This document shows, one piece after another, positions 43,469-58,044 of a DNA stretch of 64,000 bases. Source of the stretch: Octopus vulgaris (taxonomy: Eukaryota); assembly GCA_951406725.2 (NCBI GenBank), contig OX597819.1, forward strand, positions 74,214,001-74,278,000, written 5' to 3'. The notes under the pieces were generated by a model. The model was given only the letters and a program-made list of their open reading frames with translations, ran no database searches and was not told where the DNA came from. The position numbers and the translations under genes were made by a program. Each line of letters begins with the position of its first letter. Position 1 is the first letter of the stretch.

Positions 43469-44756
43469 TGTGTGGCGTTCAATAAGTAATGCCCCTGACC
43501 CACTTCCCATAGCAGTAGAGCAACGAAACTTGGCACAGTTATTAGTCTTTTTCTACATATGAACCACTCAGAGTTACGCATTTCTCCCATCGTTTGATGC
43601 AGCTCTGGAGACCGTTTTCGTAGAAGACCCCAGCTTGGTCCTCCAACCACGACGTGACTTCATAAATCAAAGCTGCATCATCTGGGAAACGCTTTCCTTT
43701 CAAAAACAACTTCATGGCTGGGAAGAGGTGAAAATCAGAGTGTGCAAGGTCAGGAGAGTAGGGGGATGGGGGAAGATTTCATAGCCGCACGCCTGTGCTT
43801 CTGATCTGGCGACACGCGAGTTGTGGACCGGAGCGTTGTCCTGGAAGAGGAGGATGCCTTTGCTGATCTTGCCCCGCCTCTTGGTTTTGATAGCTTCTCT
43901 TAATTTCCTCAAAAGTGAAGCATGATAGGCTCCTGTAATTGTGGAACCCTTTGCCAGGAAATCTGTCATCACTACTCCGTCCTGGTCCCAGAAGACTGTG
44001 AGCATGACCTTGCCAGCGGAGGGCTGCACCCTTGCCTTCTTTGGAGGAGGTGAGTTATGGTGCTTCCACTGCATTGACTGGGCTTTGGTCTCTGGATCAT
44101 AGTGATGGACCCAGATTTCATCCTGTGTAATCAGTCTTTAGAAAAATTTTGACTCATGTTAGCACATCTCCAAATTCATCCTCGAGCACTCGACGCGTTC
44201 TTGCTTCTGGAAAGGTGTAAGCAACCTGGGAATCCATCTGGCAGACACCTTTTGCATATGCACATAGTCATGAATGATAGTTTCCACAGATCCGGTACTA
44301 ATCTTGACCTCATGGGCTACTTGGCGAATAGTTATTCGTCGATCTTCCAAAATGGCAGCCTCAACTTGACGGACAAATGCCTCATCAATGGCAGAAGGGG
44401 GCGACCAGATCTGGGAGCTGTTTCCACAGAGTTCCGACCATGTTTGAATTCACGATGCCAGCGTTTTACAAGGCCATATGATGGGGCATCATCACCATAA
44501 GTTACTTTCATTTCATCAGAAGTCTCCTGTGGTTTGCGTCATTTCAAATACAAAAACCGGATCACTGCTCGACACTCAACAGGCTCCATTTCCCACTTGA
44601 CTCATTTCAAACACCTGTAAATCAGAAACCACAATTAGTTCGGAGCTGTAATTTGCCACGTAATCTATAGAAATATAAATAATTGCACATGCAAAATTTC
44701 AGCTAGATCAAACAAAGGCAAGTGGGTCAGAGTCATTACTTATTGAACGCCCCTCG
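43469..44756 (-). mobile_element. Full-length (1288 bp) mariner DNA transposon, defective
   Basis: Imperfect TIRs (CGAGGGGCGTTCAATAAGTAATG...TGACCCACTT) flanked by TA on both sides; absent at the paralogous site ~2966. Confidence 0.93.
43542..44589 (-). pseudogene. Mariner transposase with stops and frameshifts
   Basis: MEPVECRAVIRFLYLK*..., WIPRLL, ITQDE.WVHHYDPE, GKVMLTVFWD, QDNAPVH, SPDLAHSDFHLF motifs. Confidence 0.9.
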
Positions 44757-45722
44757 TATGTGTGTGTGTATTTTTGTGAGTGTGTATGTGTGACTATATA
44801 ACACCGGACCATGTCCACGCATATCCACGCCCATACATAGACACCATGTACATCATAAAAATTGTTTCCTTTTTCATTTTATCACGAGACCTTTTTGTAC
44901 GTGGATGTAATTTTCTTGCCTTCACATTCCACATCATATTCCACATCAGCTATCTCAACAAGCATTTGCAGAAAAAAAGAAAAGAAATCAGGAGTGTTTT
45001 CAAGTGAATTTCACCCTTGTTAGGTATCTCTTGAAAGCCTTAGGTTGATGCTTTTGAGGACTAGGTCCTTTCTTTTCGTGCTTCGAAATGTGGATGTAAT
45101 CTCTCGCCATATCGCGGTCCGCCTATCGGGTTTATTGTTTAAGCTTACGATGATTACCCTGTGGTGTTGTTTTGTATGTATGATAAACATTTATATACAA
45201 ACTGTAAATTTTAGTAGAAAAATAGTATACAGTACGGTATTGTTTCTACTACGCAGATTTTCACCTATCGCGAAAGTTTTGCAACGTTAAAAACAAACGT
45301 TGGGGGTTTGCTGCATATATATATGGAAGAATACGATTGACACGCAAACGCATGCGTACTTGAGTCAAGCACGGAAATATTTCGCTGGAGCCCATCATAA
45401 ATATCTTTTTCATCATCCTTGTCCTTCTCCTTCCCGTTTTGCTTTGTCAACGATGTCGCCGTCATCGTCATCACTATCATCATCTCCACCAGCATACAGT
45501 TGTGTTAATTTATTCGATATACCAATTTACGTATTAAACGCATTCCTGTGGCTGAAATGTAGATATTAATGATTTGTGTAGGCACGTGCTATTTCGTTAT
45601 GCATAACGTGCCTACAAGCCGCTAATAGTACCTATGTAGTTTCATCCAGATACCGTATATCTCTAGGAGGTCATTAATATTTCTGCAACGATATATTAAG
45701 AAGCATAAATAATCTGGAGCGT

Positions 45723-47118
45723 CTTTATATTTTCTAAATGAAAATAAATGATAAATTTCCACTTTTATATATCATGACGCTCATCTTACCAACTCACATC
45801 GCTATTTATATGAAAATAACGCAAAAAAATGTCTACTTTATGACAATCATTTTCAACTCAAATCGAGTGACAGTGCTGCAGCCCATTGAATTAAAACAAG
45901 TCGGAAGCTAAAACGGGACAAAATTTGTGAATGATTGGAATTACGAGAGAGATTGAGAGAATGCGCTGTAAGATGTAAGTATGGGAATTTGACGAAGAAT
46001 ATATGAGTAGGATGTTCACATCCAGTATACAATGAATACTTCCGGATAATGAATAGCATGAGATCACAAACATTGATGAGGAACATGGCTGGATAATGAA
46101 CATTGTACGATAGTAAACAGAGTATGATGGCGAGCTCTGTTAGATAATATACACTATTTGATAGTGAGACTGACTGATAGGTAACACTATTGGATTGTGA
46201 ACACTGTTGGATGGTGAACACTGCTGGGCAATGAGCGTTGTAGCAAAGTAAACACTGTTAGATAACGAGCAATGTAGGATGGTTAACATTGTTGTATAAT
46301 GTACGTTGTTGGAGTGTGAGAAATGTCAGATAATGAATGCTTTAGGATTGTAAATAATGCTGGTTTTTGGTGATTAATGATGAACATAGCTTGTTAGGAA
46401 ACAAGATAGTGAACACTGTTGTAGAATGAACGTCGCAGGCTGGTGGACTGAGTTTGTCAGTGAACACAGATATGCAACGGAAATTCTTGTATAATGTACG
46501 TAGTTAAGTATGGAACAACGTGAATAGACATTGTTGGAAAATGATCACTGTTGGGTAATGATCTCTTTTGGACATTAAATGCTGTTCGTTAGTAAACAGT
46601 GTTGGGTAATACACACTATAGAATAGTGAACACTGTTGGGTAGTGAACAGTATTAGATGGGTATGTCGGTTAGACGTTAAAAAATAAATACTGTTGCTTA
46701 ATAGAAACTGTTGGATAATGAACAGTGCTCAGTTATATACACTGTAAAATGGTAAGATTCTTTGATGGTGAACGCAGATGAACGGTAAAATCTTTGGGAC
46801 TATGAGCAGTGTTGGATAATGAACGCTGTTGGATAGTAATCATTACTGAATTGTGATTCGCACGAACACAATATAGTGAACACTGCTGGATAATGAACAC
46901 TACTGGGTCATCAACATTGCTGGGCGGCTAAGCAATTTGTCGAAAGTGCTTCTGATTCTGTCAGCTTACCGGTTCCGTGACTACATTCTGATAATTCTTG
47001 GGCATTCATCTACGAAGAAGTGGGAGAGTTGAGAGAATATTTGCTCTAACCAACATTTTACTAAAAGGTAGAGGCTCCAGATTATTTATGCTTCAGAATA
47101 TATCGGTGTAGAAATATT
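45723..47118 (-). other. 1.4 kb inversion within unit IV
   Basis: Reverse complement of ~3963-5358 and ~28670-30056 (ORF 45853..46221 minus corresponds to 4812..5231 plus). Confidence 0.92.
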
Positions 47119-48104
47119 GCGAAATCAGTCCAGGCATTGCCAAACGTGGCAACGAGATGGCACAAAAAACTTCTCGCATGGGATTACTAGATACTGACAC
47201 TGCTTGTCGATCATATTTTCCATAACGGTGAGAGTTCAAACGGAATACAAGTCTCAGTCTTCAAATTTCGAGTTTAGGCCAGAATTTCAAGAAATGGACG
47301 AATTAATTGATAAGTACACATATATTTCTAGGAATGAATTCGCTAAGCGGAGCTATAGAAATCTTCTAAAGAACAAAATTAGTATGGAATCGTCGTATCG
47401 AGAAAGTTGTTTATTTCCTCTCGCTGTTTTAACAACGCGTGGGGAGCGACGTCCGAAGTTTACCGTGCGGATATTCTCTGACATGTAAAAATTGTTTGTC
47501 TTCGAGAAATATCGATGAAATGGCACCAAAGATTATCATTTTGTAATATTAAAGCCCGACGTGATGGGTTTTTCCCATTCTGAATACAGTCGCATTATTT
47601 GTCGTAGGGTATACGTTTTCACAAGTAAGGCCGATTCGTTTTCCATTTGTTTTCTTTCTTCTCTCTTTCTCTCTCCTACTGACAAGTTCGCTGTTAAAAG
47701 ATTTTTCTATTTTAATATCGTACTTATCTCTTAGTCTATACTGTCTTCCTATCTCTCTCTCTCTCTTTCTCTCTCTTTCCCTCACACACACACACATATT
47801 CTCACAACCGCGCGCACTCACACAAACAGACTAATGTAATATATATGAGTTTCTTGTGTTCTTTTATTTATTTCTCTCATTATTTTGCCTTTAGTCGAGC
47901 AAATCGACCGCAGGACTCATTCTTTGCAAGCCTATTATTTAGGCCTATTGCCGAATCGCTACCTTCGTAAACACATAAACATCAGTTGTCAAGCGATGGT
48001 TTGGGGACAAACACACAGAGAAAAATTGATACATACATACATACATACATACATACATACATACATACATACATACATACATACATACATACATACATGC
48101 ATGT

Positions 48105-48135
<31 letters not shown>

Positions 48136-48160
48136 CATACACACACACAGACACAAAAAT

Positions 48161-48212
<52 letters not shown>

Positions 48213-48378
48213 GTATATATGTATGTGTATGTATATGTGTATGTATACATATATATTGTGAATTTATGTATATATATATACATACATACATATTCTAAAT
48301 CTGACGATTACATTTTATTTTTATATCTCTCTATATAGACAGGTATACAGTTACGTATATGTATATATATGTATATAC

Positions 48379-48420
<42 letters not shown>

Positions 48421-48421
48421 A

Positions 48422-48519
<98 letters not shown>

Positions 48520-49086
48520 AATATTCCAATACTGAAACACGTGTAGTTCCTTCATCTTTATATATAAAGAAGAGAATGTGTGTGTGTGTCTGTCTGCGTG
48601 TATGTGTATCTTTCTATCTGTCTGTCTGTCGGTATGCCTGTCTATGTGAGAACTACACAACCAATTTCATTCAAATTTTACACATGCCCAACTCAAGGTC
48701 CAACGTAGTGTCATAGTCTAAAATTTTTTTTAGATTCTTGCCTAGTGCGGGCCGAGAGCAATATCATATCTTCCCCACTATTTCAGTATTACATGGTAAA
48801 TGTGAAACAATAACATCTCTCTATAGTTATGTCAGATACGTTCACTTTAAAACTATTAAAGTGAAACTATTATCTCACATATATACAGGCATTCATACGT
48901 ACGTACATACATACATACATACATACATACATACATACATACATACATACATACATACATACATACATACATACATACGTACATATATACATACATACAT
49001 ACATACATACATACATGCATACATAAATATATACATACATACATACATACATATAATATATATATATATGTTTACATCTGCACACA

Positions 49087-49118
<32 letters not shown>

Positions 49119-49272
49119 GATGTATCTATATACATTTATATATATAGTTGTATATGTATACATGTTTATTTATAGATGTACATATATACATGTATGTATA
49201 TATAAATAGATGTATATGTCTACATGTATATGTGAAGATGTATATATATATATATAAATGTACATGTAATAA

Positions 49273-49315
<43 letters not shown>

Positions 49316-49918
49316 TACATGCATACATACATACACCCATACACACACAGAGACACATACACATACACACACATATATACATAGGTACTGCTGTGGCTGT
49401 GTGGTAACAAACTTGGTTCCAAGACACATGGTCCTGGGTTCAGTCCCACTGTGTGGTGACTTAGCATGTGTCTTCTGCTTATATCTGAGACAAACCAAAG
49501 CCTTCTCAGTGGATTTTGTAGATAGAAACTGAAAGAAATCAGTCGTATATACATGTATATATATATGTATGTCTATGTGTGTGTACAACTGTTAACTTCT
49601 TGCCTAGTGCGAGTCCACAGCAATATTATATCTTCAGTATTTCAGTATTGTGTGTCAGAAGTGAAACAATAATATCTCTCTATTTTTAGTCAGTTAATTT
49701 TACTTTAATACTTTCGCTTTCATACTGAAACAATGAAAGTGAAACTATTGTCTCACATATATATGGGCATACATACATACATACATACATACATACATAC
49801 ATACATACATACATACATACATACATACATACAGACATACGTATATATATATATATGTGTGTGTGTGTATGTATACATATTCACAAATGTATATATATAT
49901 AGATATATCTATGTATAA

Positions 49919-49962
<44 letters not shown>

Positions 49963-50157
49963 GTATATATAAATGTATATATATAGATATATCCATATAC
50001 ATGTATATATATAGATGTGTATGTATACATGTATATGTATAGATGTATTTCTATAGATATACAATATGTACAAAGCTATAATAAAAAAAACACTAGGCAG
50101 GGTCTCATATTTTTGTTTGCCCACTCAGTTGTATCTATAAGTTTATCTTTTTCTCTT

Positions 50158-50225
<68 letters not shown>

Positions 50226-50238
50226 CATATATATATAT

Positions 50239-50354
<116 letters not shown>

Positions 50355-50461
50355 TATGTATGTATCGGGTAAAGAATTATTAATTAAATAATTAATAGAT
50401 TTTATCAAGTACTGAAGTAATCATTTATATACTTACACACACTCACACACACACACAAACA

Positions 50462-50512
<51 letters not shown>

Positions 50513-50516
50513 ACAA

Positions 50517-50565
<49 letters not shown>

Positions 50566-51676
50566 TTTCGTAGATAGAAACTGAAAGAAATCAATCGTAT
50601 ATATATATACGATTCCCTCTGGCACACAGACCGGATGCAACGAGTGATAGCTTCCAACATTGGTTCAAGGTCAGGAATTTCGCAGGAGTGGTAAGTGGAC
50701 TTCGCCGAACCCATTACATTATTGGTGCTTATTTTATCAACACGGACAGAATAAATGTCCTATTAGTGAGATACATTGTAATATAATGTATATAAAATAT
50801 ATTTTAAAGATAAAGAAATGTGTGAAGGGAGTTGTAATTCACTCTAAGAACAAAATCAAAAACACAAACAATTGAATATATAATAAAATATTAACACTTT
50901 AATGTTTCCATACAAAAATATAATACTCATTTATATAATAAATAATAGAAATGATATTGGCGTATATACATGTGTGTGTGATGTGTGTGTGTGTGCGTAT
51001 GCCTGAAAGTCTTACAAGAATAATGCATTAGAATATATTTTCATTTCTACTCCAAAAACAAGGACCGGAATTTTGGGGGAGGGAGATTGTCGATTAGATC
51101 GATCCCAGTACGCAAGTGCTACTAAATCTATCGACCTCGAAAGGATGAAAGACAAAGTGTACATCGGCGGAATTTGAACTCAGAACTAAAGCACAGACAA
51201 AATAACGCTAAGCATTTCGCCCGGTGTGCCAACGAATCTGCCAGCTCGCCGCCTTATGTATATTATATATATTAAAGATTAAAAAATAGTATGTAGAATG
51301 AGGAAATTAGTAATTTATACAATGAATTAAATAACGTAGATATAGGTATGTATATATAAATATATATATATATATATACATAAGTAAATATATAGAAAAA
51401 TATATTTAGATTGATGCGCCATAGTCCCATCGGTGTAATACCAATAACATCGATGTTACACAATATTAAATAGAAATATTTATTTCATAAAGGAGAAATA
51501 TATATTGTTTACGATTATAAACGTGATAAGAAAATATAAAGATCAAAATTGATGGAAATATTGTTATCTAACGATTAATATAATCGTCGATATGATTATT
51601 AAGTGGTGAAGCTAAAACACTTCCTGGGTTTTACATACATCTTTCACTTGCTCCTCTCTTTTACTTTAAAGCAAAG

Positions 51677-51715
<39 letters not shown>

Positions 51716-52227
51716 AATTACGTAAATTAACGAACTCCGGATGATAAGCGAAAGATCGCCATTCACTAGAAAATAATTAAAAACTCATCAAAATATTGTC
51801 TGTTTAAAGAAAGCTAAAATATAATACCTACTGTACAAACAACTTACATGTTTGAAACCACATTCACTTAAAAATATTTCTAAATGATTAAAATATTGTG
51901 TACGTCAAAAAGTCGATTTTTTTTCTCTTAGAAAGTGCGAAGACTATGTGTGTATATATATCACAGATAGCGGGCGTGTGTTTGTGTTTATTGACACATC
52001 ATGACATTCATTATATGTGTGTGTATTTTGTATGTGTGAATGTGTTGACGTCACGGAAGCAATATTATTTTTCGTCAAGAAATAACAAACAAAATTGTGT
52101 TTAATTGTTTTCCTTAATAAACAGTGTCCCAAATATCACAAAAAATTGTACTACACTGCCGAAAGTAAGTATAAAAATAAATATGCAAAAAAATTTTAAT
52201 GAATTATATTATTTCTGACATATTTCC

Positions 52228-52292
<65 letters not shown>

Positions 52293-52489
52293 GTACACAC
52301 TAATTACCTTTTACGAGGAATAAGATTCACAGAGATTATTATTTGGATTTTCTTGGTAAAGATTCGAAGTCACTGTGAACATTTTCCCTGCAAATGTTCA
52401 TACATATAAGTTCTACACTAACAAGTATTGAGCAATCCTTCAGTTTAATGTTAATCTGTTTTTATATATAACATCACGGAAAACATATA

Positions 52490-52900
52490 TACTCTTTTAC
52501 TCTTTTACTTGTTTCAGTCATTTGACTGCGGCCATGCTGAGGCACCGCCTTTAGTCGAGCAAATCGACCCCGGGACTTATTCTTTGTAAGCTCAGTACTT
52601 ATTCTATCGGTCTCTTTTGCCGAACCGCTAAGTAACGGGGACGTAAACACACCAGCATCGGTTGTCAAGCAATGCTAGATGGACAAACACAGACACACAA
52701 ACATATACATACACATACATATATATATACATATATACGACAGGCTTCTTTCAGTTTCCGTCTACCAAATCCACTCACAAGGCTTTGGTCGGCCCGGGGC
52801 TATAGCAGAAGACACTTGCCCAAGGTTCCACGCAGTGGGACTGAACCCAGAACCATGTGGCTGGTTAGCAAGCTACTTACCACACAACCACTCCTACGCC
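52490..52900 (-). mobile_element. Full-length bipartite tRNA-derived SINE
   Basis: Head GGCGTAGGAGTGGTTGTGTGGTAAGTAGC...GGGTTCAGTCCC, internal (TG/TA) tract, tail (GAGTAAAA)n. Confidence 0.85.
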
Positions 52901-52923
52901 TATATATATACGTATATTTAATA

Positions 52924-53363
52924 TCTCTCTCTATATAAACGGCAGTTTGTCTGTCTGTGTATCTGTGTGTCTGTCAGGTTGTACCCTCACCCTGACCACG
53001 GCTTTCAACCGATTCTGATGAAACTTGACACACACATAGCCCAATGTCATAATTCAAAACTAACGCAGTGAAAATTTTGAAAAGTTCCCCCAGTTCTGAA
53101 AAAAATCGATAAATTCAACATGGGGTCGAGAATCTAAGCTTTTTATATGCAACACATTTTCTGTCTAGGGGACACAACTCGACCTTTTTATCGCCCAAAG
53201 GGACAGCTAGGAACATCGTATACACAGAAGTATTCGAGTGAAGAGAAGACATTGCAACCTACACATGCGCCTTCGTTCCCTAGAAGGAAAGGACTAGATT
53301 GGGATTAGTCGTTGCCTACTAGGGGCTCTTACATACCCGGGCAACGCCGGACTGTGCTGCTAG
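52924..53363 (+). mobile_element. Non-autonomous Helitron-like element
   Basis: A|TC...5' end, (TCTG)n near the 5' end, subterminal CCGG-gcaacg-CCGG hairpin, 3' CTAG|T. Confidence 0.7.
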
Positions 53364-53799
53364 TATAATATAAAATAATATATCAATGATACTATGATAT
53401 GTATATATTTGTATCATGAGAACTGAAGCACCTCAAAGGTCAATTGGAAAAACGATAAATGGCATGACAGACCTGACTATTGGGGTCGACTATGAGAGCT
53501 CAAACTTTATTCTTGTTGTTTGTATTTGTAATCGTGTAACATTTTCTCCGTTTTCTCGTTTTTTGTCTGTGTTGTCCCACGTATTCGCTGGCTTTCTTCC
53601 AAAAATTTAATCCCCTTAGCTTAGATTTTGGGGCTCTACCAATTTTGAACAGTCTCAAGTGTAACACGCCGAAAGTGTAATAATGATTGGAAGCTTGACT
53701 GATGAATAGAGAGCCACGGATGTTGCATCCTGTATCGTTCATCTGTCCGTTTTCATTGTTACGTTCTTGTTACGCTTTTGGGATATATATATGTGTGTA

Positions 53800-53830
<31 letters not shown>

Positions 53831-54228
53831 CTCTGTGTGTGTGTGTGTGTGTATATATATACAGTTGGTAAATTTTGATTTACCGGACAGTATATCAAAA
53901 TTCCATAAATAGTATTCAATTTCATTTATTAATTCCAGTTATGGACGTTTAATAATTGAATACTGTGAGTTAAAGTCAGCGTTTTTGTTTCAATATTTGT
54001 CTATTTATCAGAGAAGTTTCATATGAATGAAGTTTTTGTTTTAATCTTGGAAATGAGTGGCTTTGATTTACTTTTGGCCATCACTGTATATGTATCAATA
54101 AACAAATGAATAACAAAATGATGGTTACGCATCACCACCTTACAGCTGTTTCACGCGTATCTCTGTAAGAGATTCAAGTGCCTCATGCCTTTGAATCCTT
54201 TGTATTGTATGTGTGTGTGTATGTATCA

Positions 54229-54290
<62 letters not shown>

Positions 54291-54293
<3 letters not shown>

Positions 54294-55192
54294 TTATAAA
54301 ATGAGATAGGGGTTGAAAATTCAACCCACCATGGGATAATATATATCCAATATACTGCTAGATAGGTACCCAACAAAATTAATACATAGATGTTAAAAAT
54401 TGTCAAACAATCAGTTCATCTATTGTATTATATGGGTAAAGGTAATAATATTACCGTAAATTAATACTACAAAATTAGAGAATGGAGAAACATACTTAAA
54501 TCAGTAAAACATCAACTATCCGATGATACTCAATCCATACTTTAATACACCATTACATATGAGTAAAGGCAATATATAAAATGAAATGAGATATACAGTA
54601 ATAGTAAAAAGATAAAGAGATATAAGTAAAAAATTTCAAATATAATATGCAAATAAATCAAAACTGACAGCTGTTTCGGCAGTGAGGACAGTCATACCTC
54701 ATTTAACCTATAAGCCATAAAGGCAGGTATAAATGAGGCATTAACAAGGATGCCCCACGGCCTCTTCAGAGAATTAAATTAAATTTGTTATAATAGTGAA
54801 AAATATTATATAATCATATACATATAAATATAAAAATATAAAAATGTAAAATATAAAAACTTATACATCATAATGCTACACTTATATAATATAATACACA
54901 TTTGTACAAAAAAGGAAGGTAAACAGAACAAAATAAAACAAAATATATAACAGTGTATATATTAATATTAATAAGTACCGATATTATACATATTTGGCTA
55001 ATAGTTTTTTTTATATTGAAATTTTTTTACTTATATCTCTTTATCTTTTTACTATTACTGTATATCTCATTTCATTTTATATATTGCCTTTACTCATATG
55101 TAATGGTGTATTAAAGTATGGATTGAGTATCATCGGATAGTTGATGTTTTACTGATTTAAGTATGTTTCTCCATTCTCTAATTTTGTAGTAT
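54291..55192 (-). mobile_element. Penelope-like non-coding fragment with inverted arm and hammerhead, in (TA)n
   Basis: Inverted repeat ~54464-54645 vs ~55011-55192 enclosing a hammerhead. Confidence 0.7.
54666..54769 (-). ncRNA. Hammerhead ribozyme, canonical core with extended stem II
   Basis: CTGAAGA-GGC-(~80 nt hairpin)-GCC-GAAA-CAGCTG-TC; GUC cleavage triplet. Confidence 0.65.
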
Positions 55193-55217
55193 ATATATAT
55201 ATATATATTTATATATA

Positions 55218-55598
55218 GCGCAGGAGTGGATGTGTGATAAGTAGTTTGCTTACTAACCACATGGTTCCGGATTCAGGCCTTGTGAGTGGATTTGGTAGAC
55301 TTTAACTCAAAGAAGACTGTCGTATATATAAGCGTGTGTGTATGTGCGAGCACGCGCGCGCACGCACGCGCGCACATGCACGCATGTATCTGTGTGCTTG
55401 TGTGTCTGTGTTTGTCCAGCCCAAGATCGCTTGACAACCGATGCTGGGGTGTTTACGTCCCCGTAACTTAGCGGTTCTGCACGAAGATACAATGACTGAG
55501 TCCTGGTCCTGGGGTCGATATGCTCGAATAATAGGTGGTACTCTAGCATGGCCTCAGTCACTTAACTGAAACAAGTAAAAGAGTGAAAGGGTAAAAGA
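55218..55598 (+). mobile_element. tRNA-derived SINE, internally deleted copy of the 52490-52900 family
   Basis: gcgcaggagtgg...ggttccggattcag head and ...actgaaacaagtaaaagag tail. Confidence 0.8.
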
Positions 55599-55610
55599 AT
55601 ATATATATAT

Positions 55611-56376
55611 CACATGAGTGATGACGCGACCTTTCATGTACATGTTGCTAAACTGACAATGAAATGTAGACGGCTGGCTGGATGGATTCTTAGAACCTTT
55701 AGAACAAGAGAACAAGAAACCATGATGGTCCTCTGGAAGACACTTGTCCTAAGCCACTTTGACTATTGCTCTCAGCTATGGTCACCATCCAGTGTCAAGT
55801 TGATCACAGAACTTGAGGCGATCCAACGAAGCTACACAAAGAAGATAGCCTCTATGCAGAATGTAAGCTACTGGGAAAGACTCAAGAGATTAAAATTATA
55901 TTCCCTGGAGCGTAGGCGGGAAAGATATGCCATAATATACATCTGGAAGATCCTGGAGGGAAGTGTCCTGAACTTTGGCATCGAGAGTTACGCAAATGCC
56001 AGAACTGGGCGCCACTGCGTGGTGCCTAGGACTCCAAACCTGCCATCAAGATGTAGGACAAGATTCTGTGATAGCCTGGGCTTCCGAGGCCCACAGCTCT
56101 TCAATATCCTCTCGAAGAACCTGAGAGACCTGCATGGGGTGGATACAGATGTCTTTAAAATGAAGCTGGATCTCTTCCTGTCAGGTGTCCCAGATGAACC
56201 AACTTCACGGCAGGAGGGGCAGATGAGGGCAGCTGCATCGAACTCTCTCATGCACCAAATAGCAGTTGCTAGAAAGCCTCCATGAAGTGAAACCAAGTAG
56301 CAACACCAAATGGCGGTGCCCCAGCATGGCTACAGCTCATAAGCTGAAACTAGAATCAATCAATCAATCAATCAAT
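55611..56376 (+). mobile_element. 5'-truncated CR1/L2-group LINE (ORF2 C-terminus, 55614-56285) with (AATC)n tail
   Basis: HFDYCSQLWSP...LEAIQRSYTK...SYWERLKRLKLYSLERRRER...GPQLFN..FKMKLD motifs. Confidence 0.88.
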
Positions 56377-56391
56377 CATATATATATATAT

Positions 56392-56424
<33 letters not shown>

Positions 56425-56489
56425 CACATACATATATATAAATATATATACATATATATATATATATATACATACATATATATATATAT

Positions 56490-56567
<78 letters not shown>

Positions 56568-57039
56568 TCAGGGTGAGTACTTGATAAGTGTAAGCTCCTG
56601 TATATACCAGCTAGTAGCAGAGGTGAGAGGATATATGTATCAAATGAAATAAAAAACAGAACACAAAGGATGTCGCGGTACTCATGCTTCGAGCTTTATA
56701 AAAAACAACTTATTCTAACATCAACGTATAATCGACATAACAGATAGTTTAAAGCCGCATGCAATTGCTACACCAAAGACTTGTATCAGATTATAAAAGG
56801 TCTGAGAAAGAACATTTGGTATCATTTATAATGGAAGGTAAATTGAGTATCACTGAGAAAGTATGTTTGTAAATCTTCATAATCAAATAGGTGTACAGGG
56901 TATTATTGGCCTCCAAAAATCCGTCCATACCGTTTTCTCACTCAATATAGAGTGAATACTGGGTAAATTCCGGTTGGGTTCATTCCTCTTGTAAGGGAAG
57001 GAAATAAGGGGGATTGGATGTTGAGAAAAAAGAGAAAGG

Positions 57040-57102
57040 AAAGGAAAGATCCAAAGAAGGAAAGACGGAAAAAAAAATCGCCAACGGTACACACGCGGTC
57101 AC

Positions 57103-57156
<54 letters not shown>

Positions 57157-57400
57157 CCAACGGTACACACGCGATCGCATATATATATATAAATGTGACC
57201 GCGTGTGTACCGTTGGCGATTTTTTTCCTCCGTCTTCACTTCTCTGGATCTTTCCTTTTCCTATGTTTCTGACGATGAGCTCCGCTCGAAACGTTAAACC
57301 CCACTACTTCCCTTCCTTTCTGAGCGTCCAATAATACTATATTTGTTCCACGTCCTCGCGTTGTTGTGTTTTCTCTTTGTGTTTTCATGTTTGGATTAAC

Positions 57401-57402
<2 letters not shown>
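57040..57402 (+). mobile_element. Short hammerhead-bearing element with 5' inverted arm, same family as 150-400
   Basis: Inverted repeat ~57040-57108 vs ~57188-57258; GTTT-CTGACGA-T-GAGC-TCC-GCTC-GAAA-CG-TT-AAAC at 57265-57299. Confidence 0.65.
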
Positions 57403-57489
<87 letters not shown>

Positions 57490-57588
57490 ATATATATGTA
57501 TATATATATATATAAGATATATATATATATATAATATATATATATACATATATATACATATACATGTATATATATGTATATATATATA

Positions 57589-57657
<69 letters not shown>

Positions 57658-57762
57658 CGTGACCGACCAGGCCATCAGATGTTGTTACACATCGCTGGTC
57701 ACAATGTGCTTCGCATTGTTTAAGCCTTCAAATGACGCCACCCCGCTGGCTAAGCGAGCAGG

Positions 57763-57801
<39 letters not shown>

Positions 57802-58044
57802 AAAATATAATATATATGCACACACATATATGTGTGTACGTATGTATATATCTTATTTCACAACCACATGGATCGGGTTCAGTCTCACTGGTGATACCTT
57901 GGGCAAGTATATTCTGCTATAGACTCGAGCCGACCAAAGCTTGTGAGGGATATGGCAGATGAAAACTGAACGAAGCCCGTCGTGTATATATCTTTATGTG
58001 TGTGTGTGTGGGGGGGAGTTTGTGTGTGCGCGTGTGCGCGCGCT

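Noticed and set aside
54110-54205. Possible further hammerheads (GAAACAGCTGTA on minus; relative at ~63510-63600)
   Set aside because: The 5' CUGANGA core is not identifiable
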